The notes: generated from the sequence alone by a model not told the origin. 64,000 nt of DNA from Ferroacidibacillus organovorans (GCF_001642725.1 NZ_LSUQ01000003.1:1-64000), one strand, 5' to 3'. Shown: positions 9,610 to 20,453, counted from the first letter of the stretch. Numbers and translations: made by a program.

Positions 9610-10884
9610 GTGGCACTTCGCGCGATGCGTAGAAGGGTGCAGATCCTTCAACTGGCCATCCACCTGTATAAGACCTACAGGCAAATTCTACGATTGCAGG
9701 AGCATGGGGGTGCACAGGGGGAAATTGACAGACACTTTGCTGCGGCTGGACGTGAGATCAGGGAAACGGCAAATGGCCTGTACGGTGCGATGGTTAAGGC
9801 GGGACAATTTCTCAGTCTTCGCGAGGATTTGTTTCCGGAGGCATTTATAAAAGAACTCCAACAACTTCAGGACAAAGTTCCGTCTGTCGCGTTTTCCGAT
9901 GTGAGAGATGCCATTTTAGAAGCGTGCCGACAGCCGATGGATCCTATTTTCAATTCTATTGATCCGATTCCTGTTGCGTCGGGATCGGTTGCACAGGTGC
10001 ACCATGCCAAGTTCACGAGTGGACAGACCGCTGCCATCAAGGTGCTAAGGCCTGACATCGAGCGCCTTGTAGCGGTCGATCTCGCTACGCTCCGTCACGT
10101 TGCGCGCATTACCGACCGAATTTCTACGGTGCGCAATCGCCTGGATTTGATTGCGCTGCACAAGGCGTTTGCGGCGACGCTCACACGGGAGATGGATATG
10201 CGCGCGGAGGCAGGACACATGAAGAGGTTGCGGCAGACGCTGGCGAGTGATGAGCGGATCGTGATTCCGAAGGCGTTTGAAGCTTACACGACAACTCGCG
10301 TGTTGGTGATGGAGTGGATCGAAGGAACAAGTATCCGGGACACTGCACAACTTCAAGCTTGGCGTGTGGATCGGCAGGCTGTTCGGGATGCCTTGCTGGG
10401 TGCATACGTAAAACAGCTCTTGGTGACGGGCTTTGTCCATCTGGATCCGCATCCTGGAAATCTGGCCATACTTCCTGACGGAAACCTGGCCTTGCTCGAT
10501 TTTGGCATGGTCGCAGAGTATACCTCTGACGAGCGGGCTGCTTTTCGCGATCTGTTGCAGCGCGCATATTTGCGAGACATGGATGGTGTGGTGAGAATCC
10601 TGCAGAACCTCGGTTTTCTGCAATCAACATCGAATGCGGAAGAACTGGCCCGAGGGCTGCAGGGGTTAAGTAAACACTTCACTGTCGCAGATCTTCGCGA
10701 TTTGTTTCAGAAACATGGTTTTCGGTTGGAGGCGAGGTTTATGCTGCTGATCCGCTGTCTGGGAATGATGAAGACGGCAATGACCACATTGACACCGGAT
10801 GAAACCAATTGGCTTGAAGTCCTGTCTGAGCATGTGTTTCCCATCATGCTATCCGAAGCGAATGGCTCAATCGCCTCAGTGTGA
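9610..10884 (+). CDS. AarF/ABC1/UbiB family kinase
   Basis: KAGQFLS, ASGSVAQVH, AIKV, HLDPHPGN, LLDFGM. Confidence 0.93.
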   Translation: MALRAMRRRVQILQLAIHLYKTYRQILRLQEHGGAQGEIDRHFAAAGREIRETANGLYGAMVKAGQFLSLREDLFPEAFIKELQQLQDKVPSVAFSDVRDAILEACRQPMDPIFNSIDPIPVASGSVAQVHHAKFTSGQTAAIKVLRPDIERLVAVDLATLRHVARITDRISTVRNRLDLIALHKAFAATLTREMDMRAEAGHMKRLRQTLASDERIVIPKAFEAYTTTRVLVMEWIEGTSIRDTAQLQAWRVDRQAVRDALLGAYVKQLLVTGFVHLDPHPGNLAILPDGNLALLDFGMVAEYTSDERAAFRDLLQRAYLRDMDGVVRILQNLGFLQSTSNAEELARGLQGLSKHFTVADLRDLFQKHGFRLEARFMLLIRCLGMMKTAMTTLTPDETNWLEVLSEHVFPIMLSEANGSIASV

Positions 10885-10890
10885 CGGGGT

Positions 10891-11724
10891 TCACCATACC
10901 AGGGAGGGTGTCAATTCTGGCGATGTTTCAGGCATCTGAGATCGCTGAGCCGACAAGAGTACGACCTCGTAGTGCATCGTGAACCCGTTTGGGTGTCCCT
11001 GGTCGATTGCGCTTATCATTTCCGCCTTGGTGTCTTCTGGCGCGTAATCAAGCAAATGGAACAATTCGCTGAAGAAATCCAGTACCGCCTGACCGCTTTC
11101 AAAGTGAAAGGGCAATCGGGTTCGCACTTCTTCGAGCTTTCCAAAACCGGCTGCGGCCATGGCATTTGGCAACACCTCCGCCTGTGTGAATTTGCTTTGA
11201 AAGGGTTTTGCCATCATGGCCATATCTCCGAGAACGAGAGTGGTGACATCGAAGAATTCTTCCCATGTCCGTCTTCCAGGCACAGTGAAAAAAACCGTTC
11301 CACCAGGTCGAACAACTTCATGCACTTCGCGCATGCTGTCAAAAGGATGCGAAAAAAACGGAAAGGCGAGATTGCATAGAACCAGATCATACCCTTCAGG
11401 CTCAAGATCGATCTTTTCTGCGCCCATGGTCCGAAAATCGATATTGCTGAGGTTTTGTTTGGCGGCCTCTTCTTGTCCCAGGGCGATCATCGAGTTGGAT
11501 GAATCCACGGCAGTCACCATAAGCTGTGGGTACTGTGCTGCGATGGACAAGCTCAACACACCTGGACCGCAGCCGAGGTCGAGCACGTTGCGACGAGTGG
11601 GCGATGTTTCATACGGGGCAATGCGGGATAGAATGACTTGCGCAACGCGCGGGGAGATCAGTCGCCCAACCGTATTTTTGTATAGGATGCTTCCTTCCTC
11701 AGATTTGAAGTTTGGAATGCGCAT
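10891..11724 (-). CDS. Class I SAM-dependent methyltransferase
   Basis: VLDLGCGPG motif I; YDLVLCN; VRPGG. Confidence 0.9.
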   Translation of the reverse strand: MRIPNFKSEEGSILYKNTVGRLISPRVAQVILSRIAPYETSPTRRNVLDLGCGPGVLSLSIAAQYPQLMVTAVDSSNSMIALGQEEAAKQNLSNIDFRTMGAEKIDLEPEGYDLVLCNLAFPFFSHPFDSMREVHEVVRPGGTVFFTVPGRRTWEEFFDVTTLVLGDMAMMAKPFQSKFTQAEVLPNAMAAAGFGKLEEVRTRLPFHFESGQAVLDFFSELFHLLDYAPEDTKAEMISAIDQGHPNGFTMHYEVVLLSAQRSQMPETSPELTPSLVW

Positions 11725-12020
11725 AGCGCGTAACCTCCTGGTTAAACAGGGATCTGAAACCTAGCGACTCAGGGATCAACCCCTGAAATTCATGGTGCTT
11801 TGTTTAGCGCTTCATTTAAACCATACCGAGATTGGGCAAGATCGGGTGTGCGCTGCATCACGTTTTGCGGGACTGCTGGTGGCGGATTGCCAAAGGAGAA
11901 TCAGGATGAACGAGGAGATGTGATCTCTTGTGGAGGATCACATCGAGGTATGCAAGATGCTTGAGTCTGTGACGCGAACATCGAATCAAGATGGATTGTG
12001 AAAGAGACAGGGCCCAGAAA

Positions 12021-12434
12021 CTAGCTATATCGTCGCTCTGATTCATCAATGGGATAGTCGTTTGCGCTCATGTCCCGGCGCTGCATAAGTCCTTCGTCGT
12101 TGAATTCCCAGTGCTCATTCCCGTGAGTGCGCATCCACTGATCGGTGTCTGCGTCACGCCACTCGTATTCAAAGCGCACGGAGATACGATTGTCGGTATA
12201 ACACCAAAGCTCTTTCATCAATTTGTAGTCGAGTTCTTTGGCCCATTTGCGCCGCAGGAATTCTTTGATCGCCTCTCTCCCTTTAAAAAATTCGGTGCGG
12301 TTTCTCCACTCAGAGTCAGGCGTATACGCCAAAGCGACGATTTCCGGGTCGCGCGTATTCCAGGCGTTCTCTGCCGCTTTGACTTTGGCGCGCGCGGTTT
12401 CTTCTGTAAAGGGAGGTTTGATGGGTGACGACAT
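12021..12434 (-). CDS. DUF1348 / NTF2-like family protein
   Basis: PPFTEETA...AWNTRDP...WRNR...GNEHWEF. Confidence 0.92.
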   Translation of the reverse strand: MSSPIKPPFTEETARAKVKAAENAWNTRDPEIVALAYTPDSEWRNRTEFFKGREAIKEFLRRKWAKELDYKLMKELWCYTDNRISVRFEYEWRDADTDQWMRTHGNEHWEFNDEGLMQRRDMSANDYPIDESERRYS

Positions 12435-12877
12435 TCTGATCGCTCCTCTGGATTCATTTTATTTTTATGATACTTGAGTTGACGGTTGAGCGCCAGAATC
12501 GACGCATTGCTTTATGACAAAGTGTGCAGGATTCAAGTCTCATTGTTCATGCCCATCTTCTTTGGCGAGGTTGCCTTGGTTCCCATCACGTCTCCTGTCG
12601 CAGAGCAGGGTATCTTTTTTTAAAATCTGCTTTATGATGAGAATGCCTCCTGTCATTTTGCGATTGGAAATGCGTATCCCACAAGAATCGTAAATGGCCA
12701 GCATATGGATCCAGAAGAGCTTGTGAAGCGTGGATAGAATCATAGCATGGCGCATGTCGATTTTAAATGTCGATGGCGAGACAATGGACGGACGGCGAGT
12801 GCCCATCCTGCGCGCAGGAAAGTGGGTTTTAGCGGGTGAATCCAGTAAGTCGTAGGATTGTGAAAGAAGGAATGTGA

Positions 12878-14152
12878 TTGATCCGCTCATTTTTTCATGC
12901 TTTTGCGTTTCGCGAATATCGATGGCTATGGTTGCTTACGACACTGACCAATTCTGCTTCTTGGACGTTTACACTGGTGGTCACGTGGCAAGCCTACGCG
13001 CTCACGCACTCTTCTTCGTGGTCTGGCGCTGTCATGTTTGCGACACTCATTCCTAACATTATGGGGGCGCCGATTGCCGGTGTATTGGCAGACGTCATGG
13101 ATCGAAGGATACTCATGGTTTCAGCGTGTGGGATTGAAATTGTGATCACTGTTTTGCTCAGCGTTTTGTCGCGATTCCATTTGGAGACGCCTGCCTTGCT
13201 TGTGATCTTGTCCTTGCTCTTTGGATTTGCGTCAAGTGGCTTGAGCGTCATGCTCAGTTCTCTTGTTCCGTCCGTTGTGCCGCAAGAGACGTTATTCAAC
13301 GCGTTGTCCTTACAGGCTGTGGCACAAAGGGGCACCGAATTTGTCGGACCAGCGCTTGCAAGCCCTCTGCTGATCTTATTCGGCCCAGGCATGGCCTACT
13401 TGCTAGCCACCTTCTTTTATGCATTTGCCGGGACACTTGTCTTTTTTCTCGCGAACGTGCACATTGAGAGCCTGGCCGACGAGGATTTGCGGAGGCGTAC
13501 GATTTTTGCCCCGTTCCTTGATGGCTTCATCTATGTTCGCAAGAATCCCACGATCGGTCTCATGGTGTCGCTTGTAGGGTTTCACTGTGCCCTGACAATG
13601 GCGTATATGGGCATGTTGCCTCAATTCGTAAAAACATCCCTGCATGGCTCGACCGCCTTTTATGGTTTGGTTGTGAGTGCGATCGGTCTTGGATCGATTT
13701 TTGGAACGCTTCTTTTGGCGGGTGTAAAAGGTGTCCGGCTTCGAGGGGGATTGTACTGGATGACAGCGGTCATCAGCGGTGCATCTTTAACGCTTTTTGC
13801 ACTGAGCGAAACGCCTGTACTGGCGATGCTGGCGATCATCTTGGTAGGCGCATCGCAGGCGATTTTTATGACGCTTAGTCTTGGATACATTCAGCACATG
13901 TCGGTGAAACAGATGACAGGACGAGTGACCAGCCTTTACTTAGTGTTAGCTGGCGGATTCATGTCATTGGCAAATTTGGGGTATGACACATTGAGCAATG
14001 TTATTGCTCCGGGGTGGATCATGCGTTCTACTGGCGTTTTGTTTATGCTCATCGTGGGCATCTATGGACTCTTCTCCGCACAGTTTCGAACCGTTTCGAA
14101 ATTTGGCACCTTTTTGTCGCACGATAACGAAGTACAATCCGTTCGTGGATAA
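12878..14152 (+). CDS. MFS transporter
   Basis: About 12 hydrophobic segments; AGVLADVMDRR motif A. Confidence 0.9.
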   Translation: MIRSFFHAFAFREYRWLWLLTTLTNSASWTFTLVVTWQAYALTHSSSWSGAVMFATLIPNIMGAPIAGVLADVMDRRILMVSACGIEIVITVLLSVLSRFHLETPALLVILSLLFGFASSGLSVMLSSLVPSVVPQETLFNALSLQAVAQRGTEFVGPALASPLLILFGPGMAYLLATFFYAFAGTLVFFLANVHIESLADEDLRRRTIFAPFLDGFIYVRKNPTIGLMVSLVGFHCALTMAYMGMLPQFVKTSLHGSTAFYGLVVSAIGLGSIFGTLLLAGVKGVRLRGGLYWMTAVISGASLTLFALSETPVLAMLAIILVGASQAIFMTLSLGYIQHMSVKQMTGRVTSLYLVLAGGFMSLANLGYDTLSNVIAPGWIMRSTGVLFMLIVGIYGLFSAQFRTVSKFGTFLSHDNEVQSVRG

Positions 14153-14171
14153 AGCTCGATCCTGAGACTCG

Positions 14172-15623
14172 CTATACCACCTGAACGGTTCCGCGCAGTG
14201 AAACAGTAATCACACCGCGTCGCTCAATAAACTGGCGCATCGCGTCAATCGCTGAACAAGTAAGGTTTTTTCGGTTTATTCCATATTTTTCAGGCACGCC
14301 CTGCATCGTCACGAACGCCGCACGGTATGTGCGATCCAGGGTGACTGGCCGATCATTGACAAAGAGATTCTGGATGCGCGTTCCCGCTGGGTTCTCAATT
14401 TTGATAAACATTCTCATGCCAAGGCAGCGTTTTACATAACCGCCCATCTGACCGTACGGATTACGGGCAAACGTCTTTTCTAAATTCTCTTCCAACATTT
14501 CCATCAGTTCCCGCCCCGTGATCTCGACGGTTGAAACAGGGGGATTGGTGGGGATGATGTTCCACAGGTCATTGAGTGTAATCGGCCCCGGCGGGATGGG
14601 CGCCCCGTATCGCCAGCCATTCGAGAACGCGAGCTCTGTCTCGGCAACCTCAAGGATTGATTCCAACAGCAGATTGTCCATCGTCGTCTCGAGTTGTGCG
14701 TAGCGGTGGAGCGCCGTTTCCGTCTGCCCCACGATCGCTTGGAGCATTTCTTGATGCGGCAGAAGCGCCTGCTCTACAAGAGCTGCCACCTCGCGGTCGG
14801 GCGGGATGCTCTGCGCCACCTCGATGAGCGTGTGGCGATAATCGCGAATTTTGCCGTCTTCTATCTCCAACTCCAACTGCCCCATAAAAGAACCGTGACA
14901 ACCGGATTGGATGAGAATGGTGTCGTTGATGCTGACGGGATGATAGAGGCGGTTGTGCGTGTGGGCACTCAGTAAGACATCAATGCCATCGATCTCGGCT
15001 GCCATCTCTGCCTCAAGTGGAAATCCGAGGTGAGAGAGGACAACGACGAGATCGACCTGCTCTTCATTTCGCAGTGCAGCAATTTGGGCTGGTAATTCAT
15101 CCTTGCCCATCGTAAATCGAATGCCAGTAGAAAAGTGGGGCGGCATCGTCTTGTCGATGATGTGACAGGCGATTCCGATGATACCGATCTTTAGGCCAGC
15201 GCGCTCGATCACGGTATGGGATGGGAAGACACGTTGATTGCTTTCTTTGGCGTAACAGTTGTTTGCAAGGACGGGATAGTGAAGTCGCTCCGACAATGTT
15301 TGGAATTGGCTTGGACCATAGGCGAAATCCCAGTGTGCTGTCATTCCGTCTATCAAAAGTGCATTGAGAATCGGGACGAGCGCTTCCCCTTTGCTTGCGA
15401 CTGCAGGGTAGGTGCCGTGAAACGTGTCACCGTTGTCAAGGACAAGCACCCCGTCTGGATTTTGCGCTCGCGCGGCTTGAATCAGCGTGGCAATTCTGGC
15501 GTAGCCTCCGACATTTCGATAGTGAGCAATGCCAGAATCCTCGAGGAACATTTCTTTGTGCAGGTCAATGTATGCGTGAATGTCGTTCAATTGCAGAATG
15601 GTAAGACGGGTGGTTTCACTCAT
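14172..15623 (-). CDS. 5'-nucleotidase/SoxB-like metallophosphoesterase, no signal peptide
   Basis: DIH, DNGDTFHG, AHWDF, LSH, AHTH, SNGWRYG; ATG 15623 with RBS GAGGGG. Confidence 0.85.
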   Translation of the reverse strand: MSETTRLTILQLNDIHAYIDLHKEMFLEDSGIAHYRNVGGYARIATLIQAARAQNPDGVLVLDNGDTFHGTYPAVASKGEALVPILNALLIDGMTAHWDFAYGPSQFQTLSERLHYPVLANNCYAKESNQRVFPSHTVIERAGLKIGIIGIACHIIDKTMPPHFSTGIRFTMGKDELPAQIAALRNEEQVDLVVVLSHLGFPLEAEMAAEIDGIDVLLSAHTHNRLYHPVSINDTILIQSGCHGSFMGQLELEIEDGKIRDYRHTLIEVAQSIPPDREVAALVEQALLPHQEMLQAIVGQTETALHRYAQLETTMDNLLLESILEVAETELAFSNGWRYGAPIPPGPITLNDLWNIIPTNPPVSTVEITGRELMEMLEENLEKTFARNPYGQMGGYVKRCLGMRMFIKIENPAGTRIQNLFVNDRPVTLDRTYRAAFVTMQGVPEKYGINRKNLTCSAIDAMRQFIERRGVITVSLRGTVQVV

Positions 15624-15743
15624 TTCAATGTCCCCTCGAATGAAATTGCCAAACGGATTATGGGTCAGGCAATGAAAGCTAGACCTAACTTGTCCATGTG
15701 AGTGAAAATTACACATGGATTGCGCAAGGTTGACGGCTCCTGT

Positions 15744-15762
15744 ATACTGTTTTACACAGTAT
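15744..15762. promoter_or_regulatory. Palindromic operator ATACTGT-N5-ACAGTAT
   Basis: Perfect 7-bp inverted repeat in the divergent intergenic region; near-identical copy at 36642-36660. Confidence 0.65.
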
Positions 15763-15834
15763 CATGTCGTATAACTTGTGTCGATTCATGACGGTTGAGG
15801 TTAATTGTATAAACAGCATCGTGGGGGCGAGGTA

Positions 15835-17274
15835 ATGATCCATCCGCGCTTGTGGCAGATGCGCCACTCAGAGAAGGCTTGGTATCGCTGGCTTGTGTTT
15901 TCGACCGCCGTGACGGGGACGTTCATGGTGAATGTGGATAGCAGCGTGATGAACGTAGCCTTGCCTGTCTTAGAGCGAGAATTTCACGCAGGGCCACAGG
16001 TTTTGCAGTGGGTCATTTCTGCGTATTTACTGGTGATCACGGGGATTTTGCCGATTGTCGGGAGTCTATCCGATCGGATGAACCGAAAGCTCGTGTTCAT
16101 CACAGGGGTTGTCATCTTTACAGGTGGATCGATGCTCTGTGCGTTCTCGGACAGCATCACGCAACTCATCCTGTTTCGCATCGTCCAATCAATAGGCGGC
16201 TCGATCATCATGGGAAACGTCATGTCGATTGTCTCCTATATCTTTCCGGCCGGTCAGCGCGGCCGACCGCTTGGACTTGTTGGAAGCGTTGTGGCGGCGG
16301 GAACGATCGTCGGACCTTCGGTTGGTGGCGTGCTCATTGCGGCGTACGGGTGGCGCTCGATTTTCTGGGTGAATGTTCCAATTGGGATCGTATCGGTTGT
16401 CGCTTCCGTTTTGGTCATGATGCCGATTCGCTCCGATAGACCCGCGCGAAGATTTGATGTTATGGGTTCGATCCTGTTTTTTGTGGGGATTGTCAGTCTC
16501 ATGCTGTTTATCTCTGAAGGACAGACCTGGGGCTGGATGAATCTTCGGAGTTTGACTGCGTTCATTCTGAGCGTCGCGATGCTGTCAGCCTTTGTATGGC
16601 AGGAGTTAACGTCGAAGAGTCCTGTGATCGAATTGTCGCTGTTTCGATTGCCCAGATTTGTCCTCGGAAATCTAACAGGCTTCTTGTCGTATGTGATGAT
16701 CATGTTCCCTGGCTTTCTTTTGCCACTCTATATGCATGATGTGTTGCGTATCCCCACGGTGCACATTGGTCTTTTACTCACGCCGCAGGCGATTAGCATG
16801 ATTTTGTTTTCACCTGTGGGAGGCTGGCTGGCGGATCGATTTGGCACGAATTGGCCTGCAGCCATCGGACTGTTTCTCGGCACACTCGGATTAACGCTCA
16901 TGGCGTTTTTAAATTCGGCTTCGTCTTACACGGACATTGTGGTTGCCCTGTCCGTGTTTGGACTCGGGATGGGGCTCTTCACGTCTCCCAATAATGTGTC
17001 TGTCCTCGAGAGTGTACCGATTGAAAAATCCGGACTCACCGGGAGTTTGATCGCGACAGTCAGAAACTTTGGCCGCGTAGTGGGTGTGGCGCTCACCGTA
17101 TTGTTTCTCCAAATATCGGGGAATGATTTGCAGTCAAGCGCTGGCTTTGCACACGCGTCTTCCTTTGCATTTCGAATGGGGGTGATCATTGGGATCGCAG
17201 GCACGGTGTTAACGATGACACGGTTTCTTGTGCGTTTAAAGAAATTGCGTGTTGCGCATGAAACGAGTCGCTGA
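15835..17274 (+). CDS. DHA2-type MFS transporter (14 TMS)
   Basis: DSSVMNVALP, WVISAYLL, GSLSDRMNRK, GWRSIFWVNVPIG. Confidence 0.92.
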   Translation: MIHPRLWQMRHSEKAWYRWLVFSTAVTGTFMVNVDSSVMNVALPVLEREFHAGPQVLQWVISAYLLVITGILPIVGSLSDRMNRKLVFITGVVIFTGGSMLCAFSDSITQLILFRIVQSIGGSIIMGNVMSIVSYIFPAGQRGRPLGLVGSVVAAGTIVGPSVGGVLIAAYGWRSIFWVNVPIGIVSVVASVLVMMPIRSDRPARRFDVMGSILFFVGIVSLMLFISEGQTWGWMNLRSLTAFILSVAMLSAFVWQELTSKSPVIELSLFRLPRFVLGNLTGFLSYVMIMFPGFLLPLYMHDVLRIPTVHIGLLLTPQAISMILFSPVGGWLADRFGTNWPAAIGLFLGTLGLTLMAFLNSASSYTDIVVALSVFGLGMGLFTSPNNVSVLESVPIEKSGLTGSLIATVRNFGRVVGVALTVLFLQISGNDLQSSAGFAHASSFAFRMGVIIGIAGTVLTMTRFLVRLKKLRVAHETSR

Positions 17275-17362
17275 AGGGATCGCGGTAACATGTTGCAATG
17301 GGATGTTGCGAGCGGATTTGCTGTATACTTGTAGCACATCATTTCATCCTGGGGGAATTGAC

Positions 17363-17701
17363 ATGGCAAAGTTGGCATTTTGGATTACAGCAGGACCAGA
17401 ACTAGAGGCAAAAGCGCTCTCTGGTATCGTACTAGCCAGTCGTTTGAAGAAGAATCGCGGACAAGATGTGGAGGTGTACTTCTTTGGGCCTGGCGTGGCA
17501 CTGGTCGGTAAGCCTAGTCCAAAAGTGGCAGAGGCGCTCGCGATGCTCCGAGATGCAGAAGTGCACGGCGGGTATTGCCCGTTTAATGCGGAGCAATTTG
17601 GCGTTGAGGAGGCAGTATCTGGCGCAGGCTTACATGGAGAGGCGGCCGGAGAAGCGCTCATTCGGTTAGTGGAAGATGGGTATCAGGTTGTCGGCTATTA
17701 A
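17363..17701 (+). CDS. DsrE family protein
   Basis: VEVYFFGPGV, single Cys (YCPFNA), C-terminal GYQVVGY; RBS GGGGGA. Confidence 0.8.
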   Translation: MAKLAFWITAGPELEAKALSGIVLASRLKKNRGQDVEVYFFGPGVALVGKPSPKVAEALAMLRDAEVHGGYCPFNAEQFGVEEAVSGAGLHGEAAGEALIRLVEDGYQVVGY

Positions 17702-17732
17702 GAATGAGAGACAGCGACGCGCGGAGGCCGAC

Positions 17733-18344
17733 ATGAAATTTAAATTCAGGATCTACTCGGACTACATCTGACCGTTTTGCCACATCGGCAACGGGATTGT
17801 CGAAGCGTTAAAAAAAGAATTCGAGATTGAAGATGAATGGGTCAGCTATGAGATTCATCCCGAGACGCCAAAAGAAGGTGTGCGGCTTGAGGAGCGATTT
17901 CCGGCTGCGTCATTAGAGCAGATGCAGGGAAGGCTCAGGGCATCGGGGAAAGCGTTGGGACTCTCTTTTGGGAATTTGGAGCTTTTGTCAAATTCGAGGT
18001 TGGCGCTTATGGCCAGTGAGTTTGCGCGCGATAAGGGTGTGTTCCACGATTTCCACCAGCGAATCTTTGACGCGTATTTTCGCGCGTGTGAAGATATCGG
18101 GAAATTGGAAGTGTTGCTCTCCATGGCGGGTCAGTGCGGCCTTGATCCTGATGAATTGAAAACTGCACTGGCGGATCTCCGCTATATGCCAAGACTTGAG
18201 CAGGCACAGCGTGAAGGCGCAAAGCAGGGTGTGACCGGAACACCGACGTTCATCATCAATGACACGTATAAAGTGGTGGGGGCGCAACCTTTTGAGGTAT
18301 TCCGCAACGCTCTCCATAAAATTTCGGAAGGGCATGTGGAGTGA
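17733..18344 (+). CDS. DsbA/FrnE-family thiol-disulfide oxidoreductase, putative selenoprotein (UPFC)
   Basis: RBS GGAGG; ATG 17733 in frame with ORF 17880; YSDYI-TGA(17769-17771)-PFC; YEIHPETP; GVTGTPTFII; GAQP. Confidence 0.85.
17785..17803 (+). promoter_or_regulatory. Candidate bacterial SECIS hairpin
   Basis: Stem TCGGCAA/TTGTCGA with loop CGGGA starting 21 nt after the UGA. Confidence 0.55.
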
Positions 18345-18362
18345 AAGCTGTGACAATAGGTT

Positions 18363-18408
18363 GTCGTGACACGCCGAAGAGCGGTTGTGTCGCGGCAATC
18401 TTTTTTTA
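18363..18408 (+). terminator. Intrinsic terminator after the DsbA-like gene
   Basis: GTCGTGACAC...GTGTCGCGGC followed by a T-tract. Confidence 0.65.
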
Positions 18409-18418
18409 TACGCAGAAA

Positions 18419-18486
18419 TTGACGAGAGCGTGGATGTGTATGTAAAATAGACCGTGATGTTAGCACTCCCTTGCGTTGAGTGCTAA
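18419..18486 (+). promoter_or_regulatory. sigA promoter and CIRCE (HrcA operator)
   Basis: TTGACG (18419) and TAAAAT (18443); perfect TTAGCACTC-N9-GAGTGCTAA at 18460-18486. Confidence 0.95.
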
Positions 18487-18551
18487 CGCGTGGTGTATCC
18501 CCACGACAAAGGATAAAAACCCCATGGGGACGAATGAAAGGAGTCATTTTT

Positions 18552-20432
18552 ATGCAAAAAACAGAGTTTAAAGCGGAGTCAAAGCGGTTATTAGAAATGA
18601 TGATTCACTCGATTTATTCTAATCGAGAAATTTTCTTGAGGGAATTGATTTCAAACGCGAGTGACGCGATTGATAAAATTTACTACAAAGCGCTGACGGA
18701 TAGCAACCTAACGTTTGCTAAGGAAGATTATTATATCAAGGTGGAAATCGATAAAGACACTCGCACATTGTCGATTGTGGATACCGGGATTGGCATGACG
18801 CGGGATGAACTGGAAAACAATTTGGGCGTGATCGCTCAGAGTGGATCGCTGTCCTTTAAGCGTGAAAATGAGGCAAAAGATGGGCATGACATTATCGGGC
18901 AGTTTGGCGTCGGGTTTTACTCAGCGTTTATGGTTGCCGAGGAAGTCACGGTTATCACACGGGCGCTTGGGAGCGATTCTGCATACGTTTGGAAATCTGC
19001 GGGTGTGGATGGATACACGATTGAATCAGGACAAAAGGCTACGGTTGGCACAGAAATCCTTTTAAAGATCAAGGAAAACACAGAGGATGAGAATTACGAG
19101 GATTATCTGGATGAGTATCGTGTGCGGTCGATCATAAAAAAATACTCCGATTTCATCCGCTATCCAATCAAGATGGAAGTGACGCGGCAGCGGCCAAAGG
19201 AAGGCAGCGAAGGGGAGTTTGAAGAATACCGGGAAGAACAAACGATCAACAGCATGGTTCCGATTTGGAGAAAGAATAAAAACGAGCTCACCGATGAGGA
19301 CTATGAAGCTTTCTATATGGAGAAGCACTACGGCTTTGACAAGCCGTTAAAGCATATGCACATCAGCGTCGACGGCGCTGTGAGCTATAACGCCATTTTG
19401 TATCTGCCGGAGACGACCCCTTTTGACTTTTATACAAAGGAGTATGAAAAAGGTTTAGAGCTCTACTCGAATGGTGTGCTCATCATGAGCAAAGCGCCTG
19501 ACCTACTCCCGGACTATTATCGCTTCGTCAAAGGGATGGTTGACTCAGAGGACCTGTCGCTCAACATTTCTAGAGAGATTTTGCAGCAAAACCGGCAACT
19601 CCAGTTGATTGCTAAAAACATCAAGAGCAAAATTACCAGTCAACTGCAGAACATGTTGAAAGATGAGAGAGACAAATACGAAGTGTTTTATAAGTCGTTT
19701 GGTACACAGTTGAAGTATGGCGTTTACAGTGACTATGGGAGCAACAAAGACACGCTCCAGGATCTTTTGCTGTTTTACTCATTAAAAGAAGAGAAAATGA
19801 TCACGCTGGATGAATACGTTTCGAGTATGCCAGAAGATCAGAAATACATTTATTATGCGACAGGCGAAACGTATGAGAGAATTGAGAAATTGCCGCAGAC
19901 AGAGCTTGTGGTGGATAAAGGGTATGACATTCTCTGCTTTATTGAAGAAATCGACGAGTTTGCGATCAAAATGTTGATGAACTATAAAGAGAAAGAGTTC
20001 AAGTCGGTCGCGAGCGGCGATTTGGGGATCGAAGCGGACGAGGACAAGGAACAGACGGAACAAGAGGCGCAGGAGAATAAGGCGCTGTTTGACGAGATGA
20101 AAAAAATTCTGGGTGACAAGGTGAAAGCGGTCCGCATCTCCAAGCGGCTGAAAAATCATCCGGTTTGTCTCACGGCGGACGGCGATTTGACGATCGAAAT
20201 GGAAAAAGTGCTGAATGCGATGCCGAACAGTCAACAAGTGAAGGCGGAAAAGGTGCTGGAAATCAACAGCAATCACAGTGTGTTTCAATCGTTGCGCGCA
20301 GCGCTTGAGCAGGATCAGGAGAAATTGAGCCTCTATACCAACCTGCTGTACCATCAAGCGTTACTCATTGAGGGACTGCCGATTCAGGATCCGGTGGACT
20401 TTACAAACGATATTTGTAAGATCATGGTGTGA
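18552..20432 (+). CDS. htpG: Hsp90 chaperone HtpG
   Basis: [52 protein letters not shown]. Confidence 0.97.
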   Translation: MQKTEFKAESKRLLEMMIHSIYSNREIFLRELISNASDAIDKIYYKALTDSNLTFAKEDYYIKVEIDKDTRTLSIVDTGIGMTRDELENNLGVIAQSGSLSFKRENEAKDGHDIIGQFGVGFYSAFMVAEEVTVITRALGSDSAYVWKSAGVDGYTIESGQKATVGTEILLKIKENTEDENYEDYLDEYRVRSIIKKYSDFIRYPIKMEVTRQRPKEGSEGEFEEYREEQTINSMVPIWRKNKNELTDEDYEAFYMEKHYGFDKPLKHMHISVDGAVSYNAILYLPETTPFDFYTKEYEKGLELYSNGVLIMSKAPDLLPDYYRFVKGMVDSEDLSLNISREILQQNRQLQLIAKNIKSKITSQLQNMLKDERDKYEVFYKSFGTQLKYGVYSDYGSNKDTLQDLLLFYSLKEEKMITLDEYVSSMPEDQKYIYYATGETYERIEKLPQTELVVDKGYDILCFIEEIDEFAIKMLMNYKEKEFKSVASGDLGIEADEDKEQTEQEAQENKALFDEMKKILGDKVKAVRISKRLKNHPVCLTADGDLTIEMEKVLNAMPNSQQVKAEKVLEINSNHSVFQSLRAALEQDQEKLSLYTNLLYHQALLIEGLPIQDPVDFTNDICKIMV

Positions 20433-20453
20433 GATAAGTTCATAGAATCGCGC

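Noticed and set aside
11906..12001. RBS plus MNEEM-TGA overlapped by a hairpin (11917-11944), considered as a second Sec readthrough
   Set aside because: No redox motif or recognisable family, and the UGA lies inside the stem rather than upstream of it
12540..12890. Minus-strand ORF, possibly a TetR remnant upstream of DUF1348
   Set aside because: No helix-turn-helix or convincing motif
17880..18344. ORF-track 154-aa version of the DsbA-like protein
   Set aside because: Lacks the active-site motif; the better start is 17733 upstream of the in-frame TGA
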